NCBI GenBank assembly: GCA_964412405.1
Contig: CAYPOB010000003.1
Span: forward strand, 1 to 37,270
DNA: 37,270 bases
Direction: 5' to 3'
Origin: an uncultured Methanocellales archaeon
Lineage (GTDB): Archaea > Halobacteriota > UBA148 > JAJOKI01
Position 1 is the first letter of the stretch, and each line of letters opens with the position of its first letter. Shown piece by piece: positions 26,460-34,880 of the stretch. The position numbers and the translations under genes were made by a program. Below the pieces are notes generated by a model. That model was not told the origin of the DNA. It made no database searches and was given only the letters and a program-made list of their open reading frames with translations.

Positions 26460-28052
26460 TTATTCACTTGCTCCTGCCACATAGATGTCCTCCCAGTTGA
26501 CCGTAAACCATGGATTGGGTTTGTATCCTTCTATATTGTACCGGACAGCGTTGATCATCACCTCAGCAAAAATGGGAACCACTGGAACCTCATCAGCAAC
26601 AATTTTTTGTACTTCAAAGTAATATTGACGTCTTTCTTCCGCATCCATTGTTCTCTTTCCTAATTCAGTCAATTCGTTCACCAGAGGATTGCTGTAAAAC
26701 TTACCTCGCCCCAAATTCAAGTCCCCCTCTGAATGAAAACTCCGATAAAGGGCGTTATGAGGGCCGATGAACGAAAGAGCATGTATCGTCATATCGTGTT
26801 CACCCGCTCGTATGGCATCTCTCCAAGTGCCACGCTCTAAAACTCGTATTTCCACAATAATTCCTAACTCACGTAGCTGACCTTGAATAACTTCCGCAAT
26901 GGTGGGAGCTGGCCAGCGAGGGCTTATAATCAGCGAAACCTTGAAATCCTCTCCATTTTTATCCAGAACGCCATCTCCATCAGTATCAGCCCATCCAGCC
27001 TCTTTAAGAAGTTGTCTTGCCATTTCAAAATCGTATTTGACCATTGTAATTGTATCTGCGTTATGCCAATCGACAACAGACGGAGCAACAACACTTCCTG
27101 TTGGCACCCCAAATCCTTCAAGAACAAACTGTATGATGGGTCCCTGGTTAATCCCATACTGAACTGCTCGTCTTACATTCACATCATCAAAAGGATGTTT
27201 CAGATTGTTAAAAATTAAATACCGAACTGTTGTTATTGGTTTTGTTACAATTTCAATTTCAGGGTTATTTTCTAAAGCTTTTGCATGTTCAGGTGGCACA
27301 CCCCCGACGTCAATGATCATATCAATTTCTCCCGCTTCCAACGCCATGACGCGAGTAGTATCATCGGGAATGTGTTTTAAGGTGATTTTCTCAAGCTTAG
27401 GCACGCCACCCCAATAGTCCTCATTTCTCACCAATACCAACTTTTCATCAGGAATCCACTCCTTCTCCTTAAACGGGCCCGTTCCAATGGGGTCTATAAT
27501 CCTCCCCTCTTCATCAAAAGCGGTAGAACTAGCCATTGAGAAAAACGGCCAACGCAACTGATGTAGTAGAGGAGCAAACGGTTCTGTATGGGTAATTTGC
27601 AAGATATGCTCATCGACTGCTTCTATTGATGCCAAAGGTCCTAAATGGCCGGGACGCCTCATATCATGCATTTTTAATGCAAACGCAGCAGCTTCAGCAT
27701 CAAATGGTGTACTATCATGAAACTTCACCCCTTCTCTTAGATAAAAAGTCCATGTCAACCCATCATCTGATATTTCCCACGAGGTTGCCAGTTGAGGAAC
27801 GATCTCCGCTTCAAAACCCGTGGTAACCAGCATCTCAAAGAGGCGGGTTAAAGGTGGATGATGATGGGCACCGCCATATACTCCCCCTGCATCCCTTCCC
27901 AATCCGGCAATCACTTCCTGCGGAACTTCAACTTTTGGCTCATCTGCCCCTTCTTTGGCCTCTTCAGCCTGCTGTCCAATGCAGCCTGAAAACATGGTGC
28001 TTAATAACAGCAAACATACCGCCAAGCCAGCTATTTTATCCATCTTCATCAT
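26460..28052 (-). CDS. family-5 (NikA/OppA/DppA-type) solute-binding lipoprotein, paralog 1
   Basis: It has a signal peptide with lipobox-like FSGC, a family-5 SBP architecture and an HHH run near the mature N-terminus (27858-27866). Confidence 0.85.
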   Translation of the reverse strand: MMKMDKIAGLAVCLLLLSTMFSGCIGQQAEEAKEGADEPKVEVPQEVIAGLGRDAGGVYGGAHHHPPLTRLFEMLVTTGFEAEIVPQLATSWEISDDGLTWTFYLREGVKFHDSTPFDAEAAAFALKMHDMRRPGHLGPLASIEAVDEHILQITHTEPFAPLLHQLRWPFFSMASSTAFDEEGRIIDPIGTGPFKEKEWIPDEKLVLVRNEDYWGGVPKLEKITLKHIPDDTTRVMALEAGEIDMIIDVGGVPPEHAKALENNPEIEIVTKPITTVRYLIFNNLKHPFDDVNVRRAVQYGINQGPIIQFVLEGFGVPTGSVVAPSVVDWHNADTITMVKYDFEMARQLLKEAGWADTDGDGVLDKNGEDFKVSLIISPRWPAPTIAEVIQGQLRELGIIVEIRVLERGTWRDAIRAGEHDMTIHALSFIGPHNALYRSFHSEGDLNLGRGKFYSNPLVNELTELGKRTMDAEERRQYYFEVQKIVADEVPVVPIFAEVMINAVRYNIEGYKPNPWFTVNWEDIYVAGASE

Positions 28053-28636
28053 TCCCCCTCCTCAAAACATGGAATACACACTATTTTCCCGTCTTTAACC
28101 CTGCCAAATGCCTCACCAAAATATTCCTCACATACAGAGCATCGTACCGATCTGAAAATGCGGGCAAATGTGGGAGCCTCCAAGTGAATTTTCTTAACAT
28201 TGAACAGTTCCTGGTTAGAGAGTTCCATCATTTGCTGCGACTTTTTCTCGGCCATCTTCATCATCTCTTCTTTTGGAACGTTGCATTCTTTCCGTGCCCG
28301 CCCAAAATCAGAATTCATCAAGTCCTCCAGCACTTTTTCCTTTACTACTAAACGAATGGCATCCCCGGTTGCCCGGTTGATGAAAGACACCGCCATCTTC
28401 CCATAGTTTTTAAGTATCAGGTTTCCCTTGCCGAGAGTGCAGCCGCTGGCTGACTGAATAGCATCAACCATGCAGGTGTCATTCTCGACGATAGCAACTA
28501 TCTCCTCATCCCCCGGTTTTTGAGCTCGTAGTCTCTCCAATCCCAGCTCAGATGCTCGCACCCCAAAAACTACCGGCGGACACAGGTGCCCATGAAACTC
28601 AACAGCCTTCTCAAGCTCGGTTTTCGGTATACACAT
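28049..28636 (-). CDS. FmdE/FwdE-domain protein with C-terminal CxxC...CxxC zinc ribbon
   Basis: FHGHLCPP and DTCMVDAIQSASGCTLGKGN are hallmark FmdE-domain motifs. The C-terminal part has CSVCEE...CIPCFE. GAGGAGGTGA lies upstream, and the stop overlaps the SBP1 start (ATGA). Confidence 0.75.
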   Translation of the reverse strand: MCIPKTELEKAVEFHGHLCPPVVFGVRASELGLERLRAQKPGDEEIVAIVENDTCMVDAIQSASGCTLGKGNLILKNYGKMAVSFINRATGDAIRLVVKEKVLEDLMNSDFGRARKECNVPKEEMMKMAEKKSQQMMELSNQELFNVKKIHLEAPTFARIFRSVRCSVCEEYFGEAFGRVKDGKIVCIPCFEEGE

Positions 28637-28651
28637 GTTTTTGTCACCTCC

Positions 28652-30247
28652 TCAATGCAGACTAACACCTCGTAAGCATAAATTCCAATACCCACCAGAA
28701 ATCTCGAATCCAGCAACATTTTCCTGTAGCGCAACAAAAATAGTACTGTGATAGAGATAGACCCCGACCGCTTCCTCAACGATAATCTCCTGGATCCGGT
28801 GGTAAATCGCTCGTCTTTGCTCCGGATCGATGGTAACCACCATTTCCTCGATCAAAGCGTCCAGTTCCGGGTTGTTGATCAGACTTGGACTAGGGGCCTC
28901 CTCCCCAACCTTGAAGCCGTATCTGGAGTGATAAAAATTAGAAATGTGCATGTACGGATCATTGGTCGGCAGTCCGATGCCGCTTATTCCGGCCAGGTCG
29001 AAATCACCAGCGCGCAACAGTTTCATGTAGGCTCCTCTTTCCAGCTCGTTTATTTCCAGGGCTATCCCTACCAGCCGTAGCTGCTCCTGAACCGCTTCGG
29101 CAATGGCCCGCCAAGGCGGTACGTTCTGGACAATTAAAGTGACCTGGAAAGGCTTTCCATCTTTATCCAGCAGGCCGTCGCCGTCGGTATCGGCCCAGCC
29201 GCTTTCAGCCAACAAGGCTTTGCTCCGCTCCGGATCGTAGCCAGGCAACTGCAAGCCGGGCTTCGCCCCGAAGATCTTGGCCGGCGACCAGGGCGCAACC
29301 GCAATTTCTCCTGCGCCTTCGATTACGTGCTCCACGATACTTTCTACATCTACGGCGTAGTTAACGGCTTCCCTCACCTTCAAGTCCTGCAAGAATTCAT
29401 GGCGTTGATTCATGGCCAGCCAGACCGTATTGTGGGCCGGAACCCGGCTTTTGAGCTGGACTTGGGGATTATCCTGCAAACGCTGAATTTCTTCGAGAGG
29501 GATGTGCCCGCGGCCAATGCCGACGATATCCACCTCGCCGGCCTCAAAGGCCATCACCCGGGTATGAGCATCCGGGATGATCTTAAAGGTTACCTGGCTG
29601 AGCGGCTGGGCTCCGCCCCAGTAGGCATCATTTCTGCTCAAAACAATTTTTTCTTCTTTAACCCACTCCTCAAAGACGAAGGGACCTGTACCAATTGGTT
29701 TAAATTCTTCACCTTCTACTACAGCCGTGGGACTGATAATTGAACTCCTGGTTCGTGTTAGCTCGCTTAAGAGAGGAACAAACGGCTCCTTTAAAGTGAA
29801 CCTTACACGGTATTCATCTACCACAGCTATTTCTGCGATCTCAACTCCAACTGCAAATGGTTTTGCCTCTTTATGGCGCTCGAAAGTGAATTTTACAGCT
29901 TCCGCATTGAATGGCGTTCCATCGTGAAACTTAACATCTTCTCTCAAATTAAATGTCCAGACTTTAGCATCTTCAGATACTTCCCAGCCGGTTGCCAGCC
30001 TTGGCTGAATTTCCATTTTTTCATCCAGATAAACCAAGGTCTCAAAGATATTTGCCCAGATTATCCGTGCATCTCCGGAAAGAGAACCATGCGGATCCAA
30101 GCCGCCGATGCCCATTCCCAAGGCAATCTTTAATTCCTGCGGAACTTCAACTTTTGGCTCATCTGCTTGTTGTTCAATGCAGCCAGTCAGCATAACACTC
30201 AGAAGCATCAAACACACAACCAAACTGATCATCTTTTTGTTAAGCAT
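28652..30247 (-). CDS. family-5 (NikA/OppA/DppA-type) solute-binding lipoprotein, paralog 2
   Basis: It has a signal peptide with lipobox-like LTGC. It is colinear with paralog 1 and is the first gene of the operon. GGAGGG lies upstream. Confidence 0.85.
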   Translation of the reverse strand: MLNKKMISLVVCLMLLSVMLTGCIEQQADEPKVEVPQELKIALGMGIGGLDPHGSLSGDARIIWANIFETLVYLDEKMEIQPRLATGWEVSEDAKVWTFNLREDVKFHDGTPFNAEAVKFTFERHKEAKPFAVGVEIAEIAVVDEYRVRFTLKEPFVPLLSELTRTRSSIISPTAVVEGEEFKPIGTGPFVFEEWVKEEKIVLSRNDAYWGGAQPLSQVTFKIIPDAHTRVMAFEAGEVDIVGIGRGHIPLEEIQRLQDNPQVQLKSRVPAHNTVWLAMNQRHEFLQDLKVREAVNYAVDVESIVEHVIEGAGEIAVAPWSPAKIFGAKPGLQLPGYDPERSKALLAESGWADTDGDGLLDKDGKPFQVTLIVQNVPPWRAIAEAVQEQLRLVGIALEINELERGAYMKLLRAGDFDLAGISGIGLPTNDPYMHISNFYHSRYGFKVGEEAPSPSLINNPELDALIEEMVVTIDPEQRRAIYHRIQEIIVEEAVGVYLYHSTIFVALQENVAGFEISGGYWNLCLRGVSLH

Positions 30248-30277
30248 TTTCAGCCCTCCAATAATGTGTAAGTAATG

Positions 30278-30356
30278 ATAACACTAAGTGTGGTAAAGTA
30301 ATAAATATCTTTCGATTAGTAACACGATAAACATACAAAAATATTATTTGTAACAC
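30278..30356 (-). promoter_or_regulatory. three (G/A)TAACAC heptamers upstream of the ABC operon, candidate NikR half-sites
   Basis: ATAACAC is at 30278, and GTAACAC is at 30319 and 30350, giving spacings of 41 and 31 bp. On the operon sense strand these read GTGTTAC, GTGTTAC and GTGTTAT. Confidence 0.3.
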
Positions 30357-30374
30357 TTCGAAGGAATAAGTCTT

Positions 30375-30644
30375 CTACATTTGCAATAATACCATCAGCA
30401 CGATGGACGTGAAAGCCAAATCGACGATGAGGTTATAAAACGCGATCTTCGTACCCATCCTGGCTCCAAAATATGTTATTTTTGATGGCATCGAATGCCT
30501 GGCATACATCACAGACATCGAGATGATCCCGCCAAGAAGAAGCGCGCCGACCGTTTGCATCATGATGACTACGACTGAATATATGATGAATAGTCTGGGA
30601 ATCACTTTTGATAGGATTGGAAGCGATTTCTTGACTCCCTGCAA
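30375..30644 (-). CDS. hypothetical small membrane protein
   Basis: 89-aa ORF with 2-3 hydrophobic segments. The opening codon is TTG and there is no recognisable family. Confidence 0.3.
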   Translation of the reverse strand: MQGVKKSLPILSKVIPRLFIIYSVVVIMMQTVGALLLGGIISMSVMYARHSMPSKITYFGARMGTKIAFYNLIVDLAFTSIVLMVLLQM

Positions 30645-30777
30645 TGCCTTTTCTTTATTTGATCTGGTATCTTCATCATCGAGAACGGAAAAACGCTCGC
30701 CGAGGGCGAAGTTGAATTACTCGTTAACTTTGACAAAACGATATTAGTATAACATATGATCATATTATAACGGGCCA

Positions 30778-31992
30778 ATGAACGAGCGAACAAAGGATTT
30801 TATCAGGACCAAATTCGAGGAATATTATCAAGGCGCCACATCAAGTATTCCTTCTGAATTCTCTATCCAATTGCCCCCTCAGTTTGAAAAAAGGGAGTGG
30901 GGCTTTATTTTCTTCGACGATGCGTTTCCAGACATCGTGATGCGCAGACATAAATCATTTATGGCAAAGGGGGAGGCAGTTGATTATGTCAGGATTAAGG
31001 CGCCAGCGCATGCGTTTCATTCTACGGCGTACTATGCAAATCCCGAGGCACCGACGATGAAGGAGAAAAAATGGCAGGGTGCCGACCTGATATTCGACCT
31101 GGATGCAGACCACCTCAAGATAAAATGGACAACCTATGGCGACATGCTGCAAAAGGTAAAGGAGGAAACGATTAAACTCATCGATTTTCTGACGGATGAT
31201 TTCGGATTTGAGGACAATGACCTAGATGTAGTTTTTTCGGGGGGAAGGGGATACCATATTCATGTGCGAAGCCCCAATGTGCTGGGGCTTGGCAGTCCCG
31301 AGCGCAGGGAGATTGTGGATTATATTACGGCAACGGGTCTTGAACTGGAGAACTTTTTGCCTTTAGAGGTGGTGGCGGGAGATGCAGGTAAAAACGGTCG
31401 CAGAAAAATGGCCAAGTCGTTGAGATTCAGGTCGAGAGGTAGTGGTTGGGGACTGAGGTTTCACAAGGCATTGGTGGGATTCTTGGACAATATTTCACAT
31501 ATGGACGAAGATAAGGGCGTGGAGGAGGTTAAAAAAGTAGGAGAAGTGGGGGGGATAAAGGCAAGGAAGTTGATCAAGGTTATAAATGACAGGTCCTCAA
31601 TGAGGAGGCTAAAAGAAGGAAATCTTGACCAGATAGGGAATTTTCCAACCGCTTTTTGGAAGAGGCTCGTGGATATGCAGAAAATCGAGCTTTGGGGACA
31701 TCCTGATGAACCCGTGACAGTAGATACGAAGCGTCTGATAAGATTGCCGACATCCCTTCACGGTGGCTCTGGCTTTCAAGTCATGCCTTTGACGCTAAAT
31801 GAACTCGGCGACTTCAACCCACTGAGCGATGCAGTTGTTTTTGGAGATGAGCTCATCGTGGTAAACGCGACTAAGGCGACCGACGTTGAGATAAAGGATA
31901 AGCGATATAACATAGTAAAGGGAATACAGAAACTTCCCGAACATCTTGCGGTGTTTTTGATGTGTAGAGGTGTAGCCGAATATGGACTTTGA
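30778..31992 (+). CDS. priS: DNA primase small (catalytic) subunit PriS
   Basis: It has the catalytic DLIFDLDADH motif, the SGGRGYHIHV motif and the later LIRLPTSLHG block. Confidence 0.85.
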   Translation: MNERTKDFIRTKFEEYYQGATSSIPSEFSIQLPPQFEKREWGFIFFDDAFPDIVMRRHKSFMAKGEAVDYVRIKAPAHAFHSTAYYANPEAPTMKEKKWQGADLIFDLDADHLKIKWTTYGDMLQKVKEETIKLIDFLTDDFGFEDNDLDVVFSGGRGYHIHVRSPNVLGLGSPERREIVDYITATGLELENFLPLEVVAGDAGKNGRRKMAKSLRFRSRGSGWGLRFHKALVGFLDNISHMDEDKGVEEVKKVGEVGGIKARKLIKVINDRSSMRRLKEGNLDQIGNFPTAFWKRLVDMQKIELWGHPDEPVTVDTKRLIRLPTSLHGGSGFQVMPLTLNELGDFNPLSDAVVFGDELIVVNATKATDVEIKDKRYNIVKGIQKLPEHLAVFLMCRGVAEYGL

Positions 31993-32611
31993 GGACCTGC
32001 GTCTAATTCAAGCCAACGAGCGTCGCTCTAAAGGACTTCAGATGCTCGAGCGAAGCTTCTACGAAAAAATTGGAGCGTATATCGGTGTGCTGGAAGATAA
32101 AAGACGCGATACTGGTGATTCCAACGTGATGATGGCCGATAACGAATTGCGAAACGCCAAGAGCGTCGTCGATGATATATTCAAACGGCGCATAGGTAAG
32201 GTCATAAAAATGGCGACGATAAAGGCATTCGGACTGGACATACACCCGGAAGGTGCGACTTCCGTGGAACTGGAGCTATTCGAGCAATTGGTGGACCTGA
32301 TTAAGAAGGACAAGTCCAGAATGGACTCAGCTATATCCCGCAAAGGTGCGCAGGCTAAACCCAAGGAGTATATGGGAAAGGATAGTACCACCGAAAGTTC
32401 TTTATTACATGGCAGGGTGAAACTCAATACAAAGCGAAAAAATATAGGAGAAGACTTTACAATAGTTCGGATATTGAAAGATATTCCCATATTTATGGGC
32501 GCTGACGGCCATAGTTACAAATTGTCCGATCAAGATGTGGTGGCTTTGCCGAAGATCAATGCCAAGGCCTTATGTGGTCGCAACGTAGCTGAAGGTATTA
32601 CAGTGAAGTAA
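31982..32611 (+). CDS. GINS complex subunit (Gins51/Gins15-type)
   Basis: 209 aa. Its N-terminal helical block (L..ER.S..L..L...FY) and its position immediately after priS (11-nt overlap) match the known archaeal priS-gins linkage. Confidence 0.6.
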   Translation: MDFEDLRLIQANERRSKGLQMLERSFYEKIGAYIGVLEDKRRDTGDSNVMMADNELRNAKSVVDDIFKRRIGKVIKMATIKAFGLDIHPEGATSVELELFEQLVDLIKKDKSRMDSAISRKGAQAKPKEYMGKDSTTESSLLHGRVKLNTKRKNIGEDFTIVRILKDIPIFMGADGHSYKLSDQDVVALPKINAKALCGRNVAEGITVK

Positions 32612-32639
32612 ACTTGGAACATTTTATGAATTTGGAGAA

Positions 32640-32924
32640 ATGAAAATGAAAATGCATAGTAAATTTAGAACACATTGTCCATATTGCAATAAGCATACGA
32701 TACACGGCGTTGAAAAGGTCAAGAAAGGACGCACATCTTCGTTAACCTGGATTGCGCGACAGAAGAAACGATCAAAGGGCATTGGCAATCTTGGAAAGTT
32801 CTCAAAGGTGCCTGGTGGCGACAAGCCGACGAAAAGGGTATTTCTGCGATACAGGTGCACAGAATGCAATAAAGCACATCAGAGACCTTGCTTTAGGGCA
32901 TCAAAATTTGAGCTGGTGGAGTGA
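32640..32924 (+). CDS. rpl44e: ribosomal protein L44e (eL42)
   Basis: It has the zinc ribbon CPYCNKHT...CTECNK and a basic composition. Confidence 0.9.
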   Translation: MKMKMHSKFRTHCPYCNKHTIHGVEKVKKGRTSSLTWIARQKKRSKGIGNLGKFSKVPGGDKPTKRVFLRYRCTECNKAHQRPCFRASKFELVE

Positions 32925-32926
32925 TC

Positions 32927-33094
32927 ATGAGCGGTAAATTCATCAAGGTTAAGTGTAATGATTGCGAGAACGAACAGGTGATATTTAATAAGGCAGATTC
33001 GGTTATCGGGTGTCTTATTTGTGGGCGGACACTTGCCGAACCAACCGGTGGAAAGGCGAATATTAAAACACAAATTTTAGAAGTCCTTGAGTAG
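32927..33094 (+). CDS. rps27e: ribosomal protein S27e
   Basis: 55-aa ORF below the track cut-off: [44 protein letters not shown], with a C4 zinc ribbon. It sits in the conserved position after L44e. Confidence 0.85.
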   Translation: MSGKFIKVKCNDCENEQVIFNKADSVIGCLICGRTLAEPTGGKANIKTQILEVLE

Positions 33095-33131
33095 GTTGTA
33101 ATATTATAATTAATGTATATTAGGTGTACTT

Positions 33132-33929
33132 ATGAGGCATAAAGAATATCCAGAGCGAGGGGACTTGGCGGTCTGCACGGTTGTAAAAGTGGCAGATTTC
33201 GGTGCATTTGTCAAACTGGATGAATATGGGGAAAAAGAGGGAATGATTCATATCTCCGAGGTCGCATCGGGATGGATTAAGTACATTCGGGATCATGTCA
33301 AAGAGGGGCAGAAGATCGTATGCAAGGTACTGGAGGTCGCGCCCAGCCGTGATCGCATTGACCTCTCGCTGAAAGATGTAAATGCACATCAAAGACGGGA
33401 GAAAATTCAACAATGGAAAAACGAGCAGAAGGCAGAAAAATGGTTGGACTTTGTCGCGGAATCTACTGGGACCAACATCGACAAGTTGTATGATGCCGTC
33501 GGTGATAAATTATTGGAAGAGTTTGGAAGTCTATATGCGGCGTTCGAAGAGGCGGCAATAAAGGGACCGGATGCATTGACAGGAGCGAGTATCTCAAGGG
33601 AATATGCCGATGCCATCACAAAAGCTGCAAAAGAGAATGTAAAGATAAGTCGGGTGAATATTACTGGTTATGTCGATCTCACATGCACGCTTCCCGATGG
33701 CATAGTTGTGATCAGGAAGGCGCTGAAGGCGGCTGGCAAAGTCGACATACCTGACGTCGAACTTGATGTAACTTATATGGGCGCTCCGCGTTATATGATA
33801 AATGTTACCGCTCCGGATTATAAAAAAGCGGAAAACGCACTCAGGAAAGTAGCAGAAGTCGCCATCAAAGTCGTAGAGGGGACAGATGGTGCTGGTAAAT
33901 TTTATAGGCAGCTCAGTGAAGCTACTTAA
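33132..33929 (+). CDS. eif2a: translation initiation factor aIF2 alpha subunit
   Basis: It has an N-terminal S1 domain (GDLAVCTVVKVADFGAFVKLDEY...GMIHISEV) and is 265 aa long. Confidence 0.9.
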   Translation: MRHKEYPERGDLAVCTVVKVADFGAFVKLDEYGEKEGMIHISEVASGWIKYIRDHVKEGQKIVCKVLEVAPSRDRIDLSLKDVNAHQRREKIQQWKNEQKAEKWLDFVAESTGTNIDKLYDAVGDKLLEEFGSLYAAFEEAAIKGPDALTGASISREYADAITKAAKENVKISRVNITGYVDLTCTLPDGIVVIRKALKAAGKVDIPDVELDVTYMGAPRYMINVTAPDYKKAENALRKVAEVAIKVVEGTDGAGKFYRQLSEAT

Positions 33930-33948
33930 TTCGTTCGTGGTGTTGGAT

Positions 33949-34122
33949 ATGAAATCGAAAATGCGCAAATGTGTGGATTGTGGCACTTACACCCTTAAAA
34001 CTCGCTGCCCAGATTGTGGGAAAGAGGCGATTAACCCTCTGCCCCCCAAGTTTTCACCAGCTGATCCATATGGCAAATATCGAAGAATTATGAAGCAATA
34101 TCAGAAAGAGGTATCAAAATGA
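33949..34122 (+). CDS. nop10: H/ACA RNP protein Nop10
   Basis: MKSKMRKCVDCGTYTLKTRCPDCG...FSPADPYGKYRR. The start is taken at the ATG after the eif2a stop. Confidence 0.85.
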   Translation: MKSKMRKCVDCGTYTLKTRCPDCGKEAINPLPPKFSPADPYGKYRRIMKQYQKEVSK

Positions 34123-34874
34123 AGGAGACAACGGTTATCACGATCAAGGATGTTAAGTTGAAGAATCCGATCATGATCGAAGGGCTGCCAGGGGTGGGGC
34201 ACGTCGGAAAATTGGTCGCAGAGCATATGGTCGGGGAGTCGGGTGCAGATAAGATTGTTGAGATATATTCGCCACATTTCCCGCCACAAGTTTTGGTGAT
34301 GGATGATGGTACGGCGAGGTTGGTAAGGAACGAGCTATATGTGGACCAGAAACACAATCTATTGCTGTTGGTGGGCGATTACCAATGCGCCACCAGTGAG
34401 GGGCATTATGAGTTGGCGAGGATATACCTCGACATCGCGAAGAAACATGGTGTGAAGCGCATATATACTCTGGGTGGATATGGGACTGGTAAGTTGATAG
34501 ATAAACCACGTGTTTTAGGGACGGTAAACAAGTTAGAACTGGTTGACGAAATGAAGAAATACGGCGTAGAATTTAAGGAAAACGAACCTGGTGGCGGAGT
34601 CGTCGGTGCCTCGGGATTGCTGTTGGGGATGGGCGCGCTTGAGGATATTGAAGCGATATGTCTTATGGGGGAGACGTCGGGGTACCTTGTTGACCCCAAG
34701 AGCGCTCAAGCCGTGCTTGGCGTATTATCCAAGACCCTCAACATGAGTATCGATATGAGCGCCCTTGAAGAGCGAGCGAAGGAGATGGAAAAGATCGTTG
34801 CAAAGCTTCGAGAGATGGAGAAAATGCAGGCAGGGCCGATCTCGGCAGATACCGATCTAAGCTATATTGGATGA
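34119..34874 (+). CDS. PAC2-family proteasome assembly chaperone
   Basis: 251 aa. It has the IEGLPGVGHVGKLVAEH motif typical of the PAC2/PbaA-like family and an ATGA overlap with nop10. Confidence 0.7.
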   Translation: MKETTVITIKDVKLKNPIMIEGLPGVGHVGKLVAEHMVGESGADKIVEIYSPHFPPQVLVMDDGTARLVRNELYVDQKHNLLLLVGDYQCATSEGHYELARIYLDIAKKHGVKRIYTLGGYGTGKLIDKPRVLGTVNKLELVDEMKKYGVEFKENEPGGGVVGASGLLLGMGALEDIEAICLMGETSGYLVDPKSAQAVLGVLSKTLNMSIDMSALEERAKEMEKIVAKLREMEKMQAGPISADTDLSYIG

Positions 34875-34880
34875 TCCTTC

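Noticed and set aside
30655-30700. GATGATGA (C-box-like) on the minus strand between the small membrane ORF and priS, considered as a C/D box sRNA
   Set aside because: No CTGA D or D' box or terminal stem lies at a suitable distance.
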